Assembly: GCA_951804945.1 (NCBI GenBank)
Contig: OX638152.1
Span: 48,112,001 to 48,176,000 of the forward strand
Length of the DNA: 64,000 bases
Source of the DNA: Podarcis cretensis
Taxonomy: Eukaryota
Direction of reading: 5' to 3'
A program made the translations under genes and the position numbers. Within the stretch, counting starts at the first letter, position 1. The number at the start of each line of letters is the position of its first letter. This document shows positions 38,553-49,799 of this stretch, piece by piece. The notes beneath the pieces were generated by a model that ran no database searches, had not been told where the DNA came from, and saw only the letters and a list, made by a program, of their open reading frames with translations.

Positions 38553-41500
38553 TTACTCTGGTTCTTTTTTAATTGTTAATACTTTGTCTAAGAGTCCGTA
38601 TACATTTCCATTCACATTGTGTTGAAGGGACACTTTATTACTTGAATGACTACTGTAAGTATTTCTTACATTATGAAATGGCATTTTACATTCTGCAACA
38701 GGCGATAACTCTTTCTTAAATGTGACAACAGATGAATGTTCTGTAAATGACGTATCACTCCAAACATCTTTGCCATGTGCTTCCTGAATATTAATGGAAT
38801 TCCCACCTTTCTGTAACATGTAATATAATATAGGATTAGTTTTGGTCAGTCTTGGGGAATCTCGCTCATGTTCATTTTTGTCCGTATCTGTGATGACCCA
38901 TTTTATAGGCCCCCTTTCTCTAGGTACATGGCAAACACTAAACTGGTCACATTCAGGTTTTGATGAAACTATGCCTCCCAAATGTTCAGTGAAGGGAGAA
39001 CTGGCAGGACTCCTCATTGCAACTGAATACTGAAATGTTCGGTGATCCAAACAATTGGTTTGCTGTCCAGGATTTCCCATTAGCGTATGTACTGAAGGGA
39101 CACTGAATTCAGTTTTGCTGTTATTTGTGAGGTTATTTTTTGTTCCTTTCTTTTTGCCATCAGTTACTGCTGAATTATTCCTATGCTGAGGCACGTCTTT
39201 TTCACAATTTTCTGACAGAAGCAGTTGTTTCAACACGTTAAATCCTTTGCTTTCTCTAGACCAAGTCCTATTTTCACTTTCATTATTTGAACCGTGACCT
39301 GAAGGGTATTTTAATTCAACATCAGTTCTGCTAAATTTCAATTCTTTCTGGTTGAGTCCAGGACCATACAAGGCATCTGCAGAAGACTTATGATTGTTTG
39401 CAGCATCAGATATGTTACCTTTCTTACCTTTTAGCAATTTCAAATGACCTTCTGAAGGTTCAGGATGCAGCTTCCTCTTCTTTGGGACTGTGCTGGGGCT
39501 TTTTGATTCCACAAAAGTCTGTTCCGCATTTCTGTGGCTCCTGTCCAGTTCATCTGCAGAATAGCTATCTTGACTCTGCCTCAGCAATCGACTTAGTAGG
39601 CCATTCTTTGAAAAAGAAAAGCCTTGAGGTGAGAGAGGGTTGGGTTTAAATTCCTCTGATGCTGGAGAAGTAGCTGAATGTCTCTCTAATGAATGAGCTA
39701 TTCCATGATATTTCTTGCTAACACTTTCCCTTACTTGCTGTGCATTCGGATTCTGAAGGGCATTTGATTCCTCAGAAGGTTCAGCTTTTATTTTTACAGT
39801 CAATATTTGTTCATTCAAAGCCTTTTCTGTCGGGTCTTGTAAACTCTCTTCTTTTGAATGCATCCTCTCCTTTGTTTCAGTCATACCTTTGTTGGAGGTT
39901 CCCAGAAGCAGTTGGAGGACAGTGCGTCTTTCAAGTAGATTCTGGATTTCTGAACTGGGAAATCTTTGTTCAGCTGGTAGAGGCTGACTACTGACAATTT
40001 TGTTTTCTTCAAGTGCACCTGATGCATTAGTAATCAGGGAGCTATTTAATCCATCTATCAATCCAACTGGTTTCTCTGGGTTTAGAGTCATCATTTGTTT
40101 GCCTGTCTGCCTTTGCTCATCTATTGACATGGAAGACTGCATCCCACATTGAGCTAAGTTTTGCAAAAGTTTACTTGCACTAAAAGATGGATTTGTTTGT
40201 ACAGTTTCATTTCTGCTCTGTTTAGTTCCTTGAATTTCTTTGTGTACTGTAAGATCTATCAAGTGTTTAGAAGCTGGATTAATTAGTCTTTCAGGCTGTA
40301 TGATGCAAGTGTATGGTGGTGAATTATGTTTGACCAATAAAGGAGAATGGTGTGAAAGGTTGATGGGGGAATCCGCTTGTGTAGAATTTAGCAGAGGAGG
40401 AGTGTTTATTGGAGTAATTTGATTTGTACTAGAGCAATCTGTCATAGGAGTTCTGTTACCCATTGCTAAATTAAATTTTGTCACATCAGCTGAAACTAAT
40501 GCACTCTCAGTTTCTGTGATTTTCTCAACATTGTCTTCATTTTTATGGCCAAGTAATAACTGAAGCAAAGTTACTTTCTGATGTGGATTGAGTTTTGCAT
40601 TTTTAGAGGGACTTTTCTCTTCTACATTTTCTAGACAAGGAACTTTTGAATCCCAGTTGTGAAGTATGGATTGGGTTAAATTGTCTAGAGAAGCTGGCTG
40701 CGCAGAATCTGGTTTATTTGTTTTCTGTTTGAAAGATAAGTCTATAGGAAGACAATTAGAATGAGAACTTTCATCATCACTGCTGTCATCTTCTGTAAAA
40801 CTTGGATTGTTGTCAGAATACTCATCAACCGTAGTTGGTGTACTACTCTCCTCAAAAATACTGGACCTTTCATTCTGTTCATATCCTTTAGTCTGCTTAG
40901 TAGCACTGTGATTTTTAAGGAGATGTAAAAGTAAACTACTGTTGGTAGGTGGTTTCATATGATTTTTTTCCATCGTTGTTTTGTAGCCTATGCTTTTAGG
41001 AGATGAATGAATTACCCCCATAGGACTCTGAAAATGTGTCATATTGCTTTTGTTGGTTATTGATTTGGTTGAAGATCTTACCTGACCATTAGGATGGCTT
41101 TCAATTCCTTTTGACAGTTTGAAATGGCCAACATCTTTCGGAACACTTTCTTTTAATCTTGCCATAGCAGCAAGTCTCTCACTTGCAATTTGACTTGCAT
41201 TTTGTGCTTTCAGAGCATGTTCTCTGGAGTACTGCTGCAAGTGCGCTTCACTTGAAAGAAGCAAGGCTAGCTGACTACAAGCCACACTGGGTTTAGGAGA
41301 CGTAGCAGGACTAGACCTTTTTTCCACCATGCTTGCAACAGCTTGTAATCTTGCAGCACAAGACAACGACTCACTCATCACCTTGGAACCACTTTGTCCT
41401 GTATGCGAAGATTCTATAAACCGATCTTTAACCAGATTAGCTGTTAGCTCAGGCAGACCAGTCTCCAGCTTTTCATCTTTTGCTTTGCTCTTCTTCAGGA

Positions 41501-42062
41501 GAGTCTTCAAGTGACTGGATGCAACACCATAGCACCTTAAGTCTTTCTCAACTTGCAGAGAATCGTGGCTAAGGGAATACCCTTGCTCCTTGAGGCTCTG
41601 CCTAATCTGTTGTGACAAAGCAACACTCTGCAGCCTAGAGCTGAATGACTGAAGCAAAGAGGCCAGTAATGTGCTATCCTGTTTGCCTTTAGGCACATTT
41701 TCAACCATGCCAGCTAACAAAGCTTCTTTTTCCCCATTTAAATCCACAATAGAATCAGACAAGCGTCTTCTCTTTGCTGCATTCCAGTCTTCAGAAGACT
41801 GCAATAGCCTTGCCTTTTTGTGATGCAGCATGCCAGAACCTTGATATGTATGTGTGTTAGCAACTGAACCATCTCTCTGACAGCTGGGAGATGTATTTCC
41901 AGAAACCCTGAAGTTCTGATCTTCTGCACCAGGCCCAACAGGCTTTTTGTCAACCGCAGAACCCGAACCTCCTGCTGCTTGATGCATTAGTAATCCCTCT
42001 AGGTAAGTTAGAACAACGGAATCCTGGTGCATCTCAGAGACAAGCTCTTCTCCATGAGTCAT
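38553..42062 (-). CDS. NRIP1: Nuclear receptor-interacting protein 1 (RIP140), intronless CDS, 1169 aa
   Basis: Begins MTHGEELVSEMHQDSVVLTYLEGLLMHQ and ends LTIKKEPE. Nine LxxLL boxes (LEGLL, LASLL, LKTLL, LALLL, LLHLL, LQLLL x2, LSRLL, LKQLL) plus LYYML; CtBP motifs PIDLS and PINLS; SUMO motifs IKAE and IKKE. Start set at the ATG at 42062, not the TTG at 42083; an in-frame TGA lies 13 codons upstream. Confidence 0.98.
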   Translation of the reverse strand: MTHGEELVSEMHQDSVVLTYLEGLLMHQAAGGSGSAVDKKPVGPGAEDQNFRVSGNTSPSCQRDGSVANTHTYQGSGMLHHKKARLLQSSEDWNAAKRRRLSDSIVDLNGEKEALLAGMVENVPKGKQDSTLLASLLQSFSSRLQSVALSQQIRQSLKEQGYSLSHDSLQVEKDLRCYGVASSHLKTLLKKSKAKDEKLETGLPELTANLVKDRFIESSHTGQSGSKVMSESLSCAARLQAVASMVEKRSSPATSPKPSVACSQLALLLSSEAHLQQYSREHALKAQNASQIASERLAAMARLKESVPKDVGHFKLSKGIESHPNGQVRSSTKSITNKSNMTHFQSPMGVIHSSPKSIGYKTTMEKNHMKPPTNSSLLLHLLKNHSATKQTKGYEQNERSSIFEESSTPTTVDEYSDNNPSFTEDDSSDDESSHSNCLPIDLSFKQKTNKPDSAQPASLDNLTQSILHNWDSKVPCLENVEEKSPSKNAKLNPHQKVTLLQLLLGHKNEDNVEKITETESALVSADVTKFNLAMGNRTPMTDCSSTNQITPINTPPLLNSTQADSPINLSHHSPLLVKHNSPPYTCIIQPERLINPASKHLIDLTVHKEIQGTKQSRNETVQTNPSFSASKLLQNLAQCGMQSSMSIDEQRQTGKQMMTLNPEKPVGLIDGLNSSLITNASGALEENKIVSSQPLPAEQRFPSSEIQNLLERRTVLQLLLGTSNKGMTETKERMHSKEESLQDPTEKALNEQILTVKIKAEPSEESNALQNPNAQQVRESVSKKYHGIAHSLERHSATSPASEEFKPNPLSPQGFSFSKNGLLSRLLRQSQDSYSADELDRSHRNAEQTFVESKSPSTVPKKRKLHPEPSEGHLKLLKGKKGNISDAANNHKSSADALYGPGLNQKELKFSRTDVELKYPSGHGSNNESENRTWSRESKGFNVLKQLLLSENCEKDVPQHRNNSAVTDGKKKGTKNNLTNNSKTEFSVPSVHTLMGNPGQQTNCLDHRTFQYSVAMRSPASSPFTEHLGGIVSSKPECDQFSVCHVPRERGPIKWVITDTDKNEHERDSPRLTKTNPILYYMLQKGGNSINIQEAHGKDVWSDTSFTEHSSVVTFKKELSPVAECKMPFHNVRNTYSSHSSNKVSLQHNVNGNVYGLLDKVLTIKKEPE

Positions 42063-42414
42063 GTTCAATACAAGTATCCACAAAGGCTCCCTTTTTATTC
42101 ACTTTAAGGACTAACTTGTTATTGGTGAACTGAGATTCAGATTAATAAGCAAGTCTACTGTTGCCTACAAAATGTGATGCAGAACAGGTGCAGTAGTCCT
42201 TGATTGATTCTCTCATTAAGTTTTTGTGGAAAACTAAAAGTTCCATTTTTATGCATCTCTGCTGCGGTATGCACATGCATTTATGAAGGTGATCCAGATT
42301 GACTTATTTAAAACATGGTTCCAGAGGAAACATATTCATATTCTTCTAGTAGATTTCTGCAGCTGAGGTTTTCTTTTTTCAGTCTTTTCTCATCATATTG
42401 CACATGCTTAATTC
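42063..42414 (-). other. NRIP1: 5' UTR portion of the NRIP1 coding exon (acceptor AG at 42416-42415)
   Basis: Minus strand gctgattttttttccttttttgcttcatag|GAATTAAGC is a strong polypyrimidine tract plus AG, 352 nt upstream of the ATG. Confidence 0.7.
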
Positions 42415-42616
42415 CTATGAAGCAAAAAAGGAAAAAAAATCAGCAAAAGTATTTTGAAGGTACCAAAATTGTATTCAAGCAAAAACAGAAGCACATCACA
42501 CAGCTCTGTAGTCTTTTGATCAGCTAATTCTTCCTGAACAAACCAGCACCTTGCACTTTTGTTTCCTTATAAAGTGTTGCTTGAGAGCCCCTCTTCACAC
42601 AAATGATAGGTTACAG

Positions 42617-42752
42617 CAGGCATAGGCAAACTCGGCCCTCCAGATGTTTTGAGACTACAATTCCCATCACCCCTGACCACTGGTCCTGTTAGGTATGGAT
42701 GATGGGAGTTGTAGCTCCGAAACATCTGGAGGGCCAAGTTTGCCTGTGGCTG
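42617..42752. mobile_element. hAT MITE
   Basis: TIR GGCAAACTCGGCCCTCCAGATGTTT / AAACATCTGGAGGGCCAAGTTTGCC; TSD GGTTACAG/GATTACAG. Confidence 0.88.
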
Positions 42753-43621
42753 GATTACAGTTAATAGAATGTCCCAATACAGGCATTGAAAAGAGGGGGA
42801 GGGCACAATGGGCTGCACAGAGTCAGGGACAAACTGAAGCACCTTGGCTGTCCTGTCCCCTGCCCCAACTTGAAGCCACGGAATAATGGCAGAAACTGGA
42901 AAGCAAGCACTTGATGTTGGTGTCTGCCTTCCTTAACAAATACATGATTCAGATAGAGTTTACTGTGATACTGGTTATCATCATCATCTCAGAAAGAGGG
43001 ACACCCCCTCTCCCTTTGGTATTCACTACTATACATGGTATTGTGTGTCACCATTTGGAAATGATCATGAAAGAGAAGAACACGGAGGCTTTTATGGAGC
43101 CAGCAAACTGCTAAATGTACCCTGTCTTCCAGAATAACAGGCTAAAGATATATCGGCATGGATAGAACAGCAAAGGATTTGGGCCACAGTCTAGAAAGGC
43201 TACTTTCCACGTATGACTATGTGCAGATTTTAATAACATTTTTTTGTACAGCCAATCAATTGGCTAGATTTATATGGAAAGGTGGGCTGCCGCTCCAGCC
43301 AAGTGAGTGGGCACATAAAAAAACCCAAAACTGACTGCTGACTTTGTTGCTCTGGACTTTTATGTGCCAATAAAGTTTTTTAAAAAGGGAAATGGTAAGC
43401 ATTAAAAAATTCAAGACAAATATTTATTTCCTAACTTAAAAATGATGTAATAACTTTAAAACAAGTCTATTAACAAATCTCTGTCATAAGAGCCAGTGCC
43501 TAATGAATGAAGCATTAATCTAATGAGAATTAGCTAAAAATCAAAGAAAATAAACATCAAAATTAGTGTCAGTTATACAAGACCCACCCTATACCTGTGA
43601 CTGTGAACTGTTTTAACCGCT

Positions 43622-43635
43622 TTTATTATTATTAT

Positions 43636-43666
<31 letters not shown>
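43622..43666. repeat. (TTA)n/(ATA)n microsatellite
   Basis: Seen directly; partly self-complementary. Confidence 0.9.
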
Positions 43667-43668
43667 TA

Positions 43669-44241
43669 CCGTATTTTTCGCCCTATAGGACGCACCGTCC
43701 CATACGGCGCACCTAGTTTTTTGTGGGGGAAATAAAGGGGGAAAATTTATTTCCCCCCCAGGCACGGGGCTGGGGAAGCCCGAGCTTCCCCCGACCCCAG
43801 CCCCCAGAGCAGGCAACTCTCTGCAAGCCGCGGAACCCCAGCGCAGGGCTCCCGCGCCTTGCGGAGAGCTACCTGAAGCCCCGGCGCGACTGCTCAGTGC
43901 GCCGGGGCTATGGGATAAGAGGCAGCTTTGCGCAAGCCGGGGGAGCCCTTCCGCGGCTTGCGCACAGCTACCCAAAGCCCCGGCGCGACTGCTTAGCGCG
44001 CCGGTGCTTCGGGGTGCAGGCAGCTCTGTGCAAGCCGGGGGAGCCCAGGGGGAACTCCCGCGGGCTCCCAAGGCTTGCGGATAGCTTCCTGAAGCCTGGA
44101 GAGGGAGAGGGGTCAGTGCGCACCGACCCCTCTCGCTCTCCAGGCTTCAGCGAAAGCCTGCATTCGCCCCATAGGACGCACACACATTTTCCCTTCATTT
44201 TCGGAGGGGGAAAAGTGCGTCCTATAGGGCGAAAAATACGG
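43669..44241. mobile_element. Tc1/mariner-superfamily (Tc2/pogo-like) non-autonomous element, CpG-rich
   Basis: Perfect 27-bp TIR CCGTATTTTTCGCCCTATAGGACGCAC; TA on both sides (43667-43668, 44242-44243). Confidence 0.93.
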
Positions 44242-47200
44242 TACTTTTATTATTTATAATTTTAACACTGTTGTACCATGAACTGAAACCAGCTGGTGAA
44301 GGGTGGGTGTTAATAATAAATATTATACAAACTCTGATAACAAAAAATACCGCCTCCAGGGTAACTAAACTCTGGATACAATAGATATGAATGAAATATT
44401 TATGAAATAATTAGAATCCAGCTATTTGAGTATAAACAAATGTGTAGCAATGTATCATCAAATTGCAGCCTTTGATCTTTGACCCTTTGCATTATCTGCC
44501 ACTTTTATGTCAACTTCTAGTTACTCTGTTTAAGCTTCTCCTACCTTCATCTGCCCCAATTCTCCTTCTCAGGGCCTAATTTGATTTCTGCCTTCTGTAG
44601 TCCCCACCATAGTCAACACCAGCTGCTCCCTCTGCCTCAAACAGATAGTGGGTCAGTCCACATGTGATACCAAAGCATGAATTGTTACAGGAACAAGCCC
44701 TGTGTTCATGTGCTGCTTTCCCCTCACATTTAGTAAGAATAGAATAAGGCTTAAAAATATGTTGTTTAGCTTTCAGAAATGAGGTGGCTAGTTACAAGTC
44801 CTATTTTTAAAAAATTAGTAACAAAAACTCATTAAACCGACTTTTGTAGAGTTACTAGATTTTAATATGGAGAAATGTCATTGTTCTACAAAATAAATTT
44901 GTCACTGAATGTCTATAAGTACTCCGAAAGTGATTCATGTGTTATGAACTGAGGCTGGTATGTGTGCGTAACTGTTCACACAAATGATTTGCTTGCGTGA
45001 TGCGTATTCATAAAGGAGGTGACTCATGAAAGACATGGTGGGAACTTCCATGAGCAGAGAAAATGAGTATGTCAGCTTTTTAGAAGTTACACTTCAAATA
45101 CTGGCTTGTGGAAACAAGGAGTTGTGTCTTTCCTCTCCCCAAATCTGTTCCAGGGAGTTCTCCAATGAATTGGAGCAGACTTTGAGGGTGCACAGGGCGC
45201 TGTAGGGGAAAAGAGAGCAAGAAGATCTGCTAGGCAAGTGAAGGTACGGTGTGTGAGCGGAACAGCTTCTGCACGTAGTCAAGCTGTTTCAAAACGAATG
45301 AAATTATAAGGACATGTTTCTACAGAATTCTTTTATGAGTTAAGAGTTCTACTAAACAGTGAAAATCTTACCAATATTATACTAAATCCACTACATAAAT
45401 TGCCATACGAGTTAGTGATTTGTATGTGCGGTCTACTATTTTATGTTTGCTAACATGTCAAAAAAGGGGGGGGGGAATCAGTGATAGAGATCTGAATTCA
45501 GGACATCAAGAATTCACGGTAGTCTTGCAGCAGTTTCTCTGACCTCGTGTGGAGGATTTTTCATTAGTATGTTTTGATAATACATAAAAGAGATATAAAT
45601 AAAAACTTTTAAGATTGTGATGTTTATGACATTAGAACAGCATAATTACCAGTCAACAACTAATATTTGGAAATTTGAAAGTGCTGAGATGATATGGGCC
45701 TAGAATATACAACTGTGGTAACACTACTGTCCTTTACTACAGTAAATAACTTCCACAGTATTTTCACACACCCCTTTGCCACCACAATATAGGTATCCTT
45801 GATGCATATCTGGTTCTCAATCAAGTGATCCTGAGATCTCATCCTCTGGGTTGAACCTAAGGCAAATAAACCCTTCTGCCCTCTTACTAAATATCTTTTT
45901 TAATTGGGAGAGGACTAGGCTGCATAAGCACTGTTTTCCTCACGTATCTCTGGATTGGGGGCAGTAATGCAGTACAGGAAGAAAAAGGTTATTTAGCTTA
46001 AACATTCACTCCAAGGACACACACTCTTAAGTAATTTATCAAATTTATGTTGATAAAATGTCAGCAATTTTGAGCAAAAGACATGATAGATAATCAGAAA
46101 GTTGTGGCCATAGCTCTTAGTAGAATGTTTTATATATGTCTTCATGAATGCTACGGAAAGAAAGTAATTGCAAAATAGCAAGAAAGGGCTATTTATCTTT
46201 GCTACTTGTTCTATTAATGATAGTTGTTGAAATGAATCTTACTACCTAAGTAGTGGAAATCAATACTGACACATCTGCAAATATCAGGTTTCCCATTCAA
46301 ATCATTCTCCCAAGAATAAACATTGTACTCAGTATGAGAACTTCACAACCAATTAATTTGCAGCTTACATGACTAATAATAGTGTTATTAATTGGGGGGT
46401 GGGTGCAGACTCCCCATAATCCTAACTTTAATAGAAGGCAGATTTTAGCCAGTATTTGAGTATGGAGGGAAGATGCTAGGCCAGTGAAAAATACAGGCTG
46501 AACCAGTCCTCCTATTCAGAAAATGGTTGCTAGTGATGCCCTTAAGAGACCCAAGTACTGGGCCATTAAGAACAACTGACCATGCAGATGCTGTCCTCCC
46601 TGCCAACAAAGAAGTGCAACAGAAGAACTGAGAGAGGGAGGTTTCCAGTGGTAACGCGGTATGATGTCACCACAGGAAAAAAGGTATCCTTTTAAAACAG
46701 GTTTTGCAGCAGGTGTTTTGGGGAAGAAGAATGAAAGGCACTGGTTGGAGGAGGCTGCACGCAGAGCCTGGAGAGCCTGGTCCCCTTCTGCTTTGGATCC
46801 AAACATGCCAAAGCTATGAGAGAAGCAACAAGAGACCCCCTTGCAGTGTGTTGTTCTGCACTTCCTCCATCAAAACTCAGGTTATAAATGTGTGTGCAAA
46901 GTAAACCACATTTCATAAAGACAGGGCAGTTTCTGCTGCACTTCATTCCCAAGGAACACAAATCCTTGTTAGGGGCCCAAGACCCCTGGGATCTTGTTAC
47001 CGCTCAGCAGAGATTGGGGTGGCCTGTAACACTAGGAATAAAATGGGAAATTGTTTTTAACCATATTTCCTTTCATAACATGCTTAAATCAGACGTAGCT
47101 TAGGACTGCACATTCTAGCCAAAACCAACATTCAAAACAGGGTATGTGGATTTAGGCTAATTTAACTTGCCGTAACAACTGCTTTCTGCTGTTCAAGGCT

Positions 47201-48875
47201 GTTATGGTTCCCATATTTTGCACTTCAATGGAAGCAACTGGTGGGGGCGAGAATAGTAGCCAAGTGTTAAGTGTCACAGGGAATGATATGAGGAACACAT
47301 TACAGAGAGTTTATATGTGTACATATGAGGGAGAAAAACACTGTGTGAATTATTGAGAAATTAGCAGCCTGCTCTTCATATTAGGAAAATGTAACTATAA
47401 GATTAAGATTATGATTTAACGTTAGTATCAGTATAACATTCAAATTCAACTTTAAGTCATCTCTAGTCTTAATTATTGCATTATAATTGCATTATAATGT
47501 GTTGCATATGAGGCCTTCTTAGAAATGGATTCCTTGCCTATGGAATGGGAGGCCTGCCTGGTGCTGACATTAACATCTTTTCAGCAACAGACAAAGCTTT
47601 TTCTGTTTTTCTAGGTATTTGGTTGTTAAGATCTTTTGTATTTGGGTGGACATTTTAGCTGGTTTGAAAAGTGAAGCTTTACTAAAACATACACAATTCA
47701 TGACACCACAGAAATCTGTTTTGAAATATTGATGGAAAACATCTAGTTATTAAAATGGACCACTTTAAATTATATATGAATCAAAATTAATATTTTTTTA
47801 GAATTAGGAAATGTATTTTGACATTATTGTGTTTCAGTACATTCCAAAGTCTCAGTCGATGCTTGAACAAAGTTAATTACATGATCATTTAACTTCAGTA
47901 CTGAATTATTAATAGAAGAGTAAAAATGTAGATAAGAATGCATAAATAAATGTATCAAACTCAGTTATAAAAATGAATTTGAGAGCTGGAGAAGACTTGA
48001 TCACAAAGTATATGCGTGCACACACCCACACCCATTATTGACAATACACATTTTGGGAAATATTCTAAATCACTATAAATAATTGTACTCTTCTTAAAAA
48101 TATTTTATCATTACTGGAAAAAGAACAAAATTAATAACTGTTTTGAACTTTTAAATCCTATTGAACAATTATTAAAGTTGCAGTAAAATCCTATGGTTTG
48201 TTTACTGCTAAAATAGATTTGACATAGGCATGGTACAAGTTCAAGGTCACTGATCAGGAAATAAGATTACAAATAGGACTGATGTAACAGCTGGCTTCTG
48301 ATCAAAGCTTCAGGGATTTTAATACACTTACCAGAAAATACACTGCATTTCCTTATATAGTGTAGTTTTTAAGGTATTATAAACAAATCCATGTATTTAT
48401 TTTCTGTAGCACAGCATTCAAAACACAACATCAAACCCAGAGAAAACTAGTCTATGTTAATGAAAGAAGTGTTATTTTCTGTCACAAGCTATTGTCTGAA
48501 TAAAGTAGGTAACCTATTGATTCATTCCAACCTACAGTTCTATTGTTAATCCAAAGCAGCCTGTGCATAAGTGCAAAGCAGTTTTGTGTGACCACAGGAT
48601 GCTGCATTCCTATTATGACACAGCTCAGTGTTGAATAGGTTCCCCACCACCTTTTAAAACAAAGATCTCTGACATGGTTTGTATGGGTCCAGTGGCATCA
48701 TTGAGATCTTCCCCTGGTGCCCATGAAGCCTCTGAGTTTTTGCACCAACTACCCCATGATGATGGGGTGATTATATTCTCCCCCACTTCCCCAAAAAAGG
48801 AGGTTTGAAGAGTGACATTGCTTCCAATTTCTTCTTTCAGATCTTTGGGCTAAAATCAACAAGTCCCGCTAGACG

Positions 48876-49013
48876 CAGTGTTTCTCAACCTGTGGGTCCC
48901 CAGATGTTGTTGGACTACAACTCCCATCATTCCTAGCCAGCATGACCAGTGGTCAGGGATGATGGGAGTTGTAGTCCAACAACATTTGGGGACCCAGAGG
49001 TTGAGAACCGCTG
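48876..49013. mobile_element. hAT MITE, near-perfect palindrome
   Basis: CAGTGTTTCTCAACCT...GGACTACAACTCCCATCAT / ATGATGGGAGTTGTAGTCC...AGGTTGAGAACCGCTG; CGCTAGA on both flanks. Confidence 0.9.
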
Positions 49014-49799
49014 CGCTAGAGGAATGGATTCCTCCCCATCTCCTTATGCAACCTCTACATCCCTCCCCAAATCTGTTCTGGAAGGTCAGAAGAAAGCCCA
49101 GAGCAGGGTGCAGGGCAGGAGAGGGCAGACTGTTCCATCTGGCAAGAAGAAATCCTTGCCCTGACAGAACAATTGCCTTGGCACATGGCTGAATTCCATC
49201 TTGTGTGTTTTGTCAAGGCTAAAAAGATTAGTGACCCTATTACGTTTTGGAACAAGTTTCAGGAGAAATATATATAAAATTTTAATACAATTTATCTGCA
49301 CTGTTGTAATATGATAATTCTCATGCCATGTATCATTATCTATTTGTACAAATATCCTGTGTTTTTGTTCTCACAACCAGGGACAATAAAAATAAACAGA
49401 GGCTTTGGGTGCTTTTGGGGAGCACAGAAGGTTACAGTAAGGAAGATGGGAAGATGTGAGAGCCATTTTCCATTCACAATACGTTGGGTACAGCCCTATA
49501 TTTGCTTAATGGACAAAGAAATAGGCGAAAGGATGGGGAATCAAAGTATCTTAGGCACAAATGCTACAAGCAGATATATGCTGGATACAAGTCAACTTCA
49601 AACCTAACTAGGAGGTTGTTGTAAACCAGGATCGCTCATCACCGCACAATGTAACTTTGATACTGTAAAAGTTAAGCTAAGCTTTGCCAAAGTCTAGATC
49701 CACCAGCACAGGAGGTGAGGGGGGCGGGGAGGACCACATCAGACCAATGCTTTGCTCTGACCCATTCACATAGCACTAGACTATAAGTGTCTATCATGT

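Noticed and set aside
38842-41953. Short antisense and alternative-frame ORFs within NRIP1
   Set aside because: All under 90 aa and expected as shadows of a long CDS; nothing recognisable.
42063-42083. 7-aa N-terminal extension (MWILVLN) in the ORF track
   Set aside because: Starts at TTG; the recognisable NRIP1 start is MTHGEE at 42062.
42093-42098. AATAAA on the sense strand just upstream of the NRIP1 ATG (premature polyadenylation)
   Set aside because: A single hexamer in AT-rich sequence; its use would cut the mRNA at the start codon and there is no supporting evidence.
43613-44259. 178-aa and 152-aa overlapping ORFs
   Set aside because: They lie in a GC-rich, stop-poor MITE interior and show no transposase motifs.
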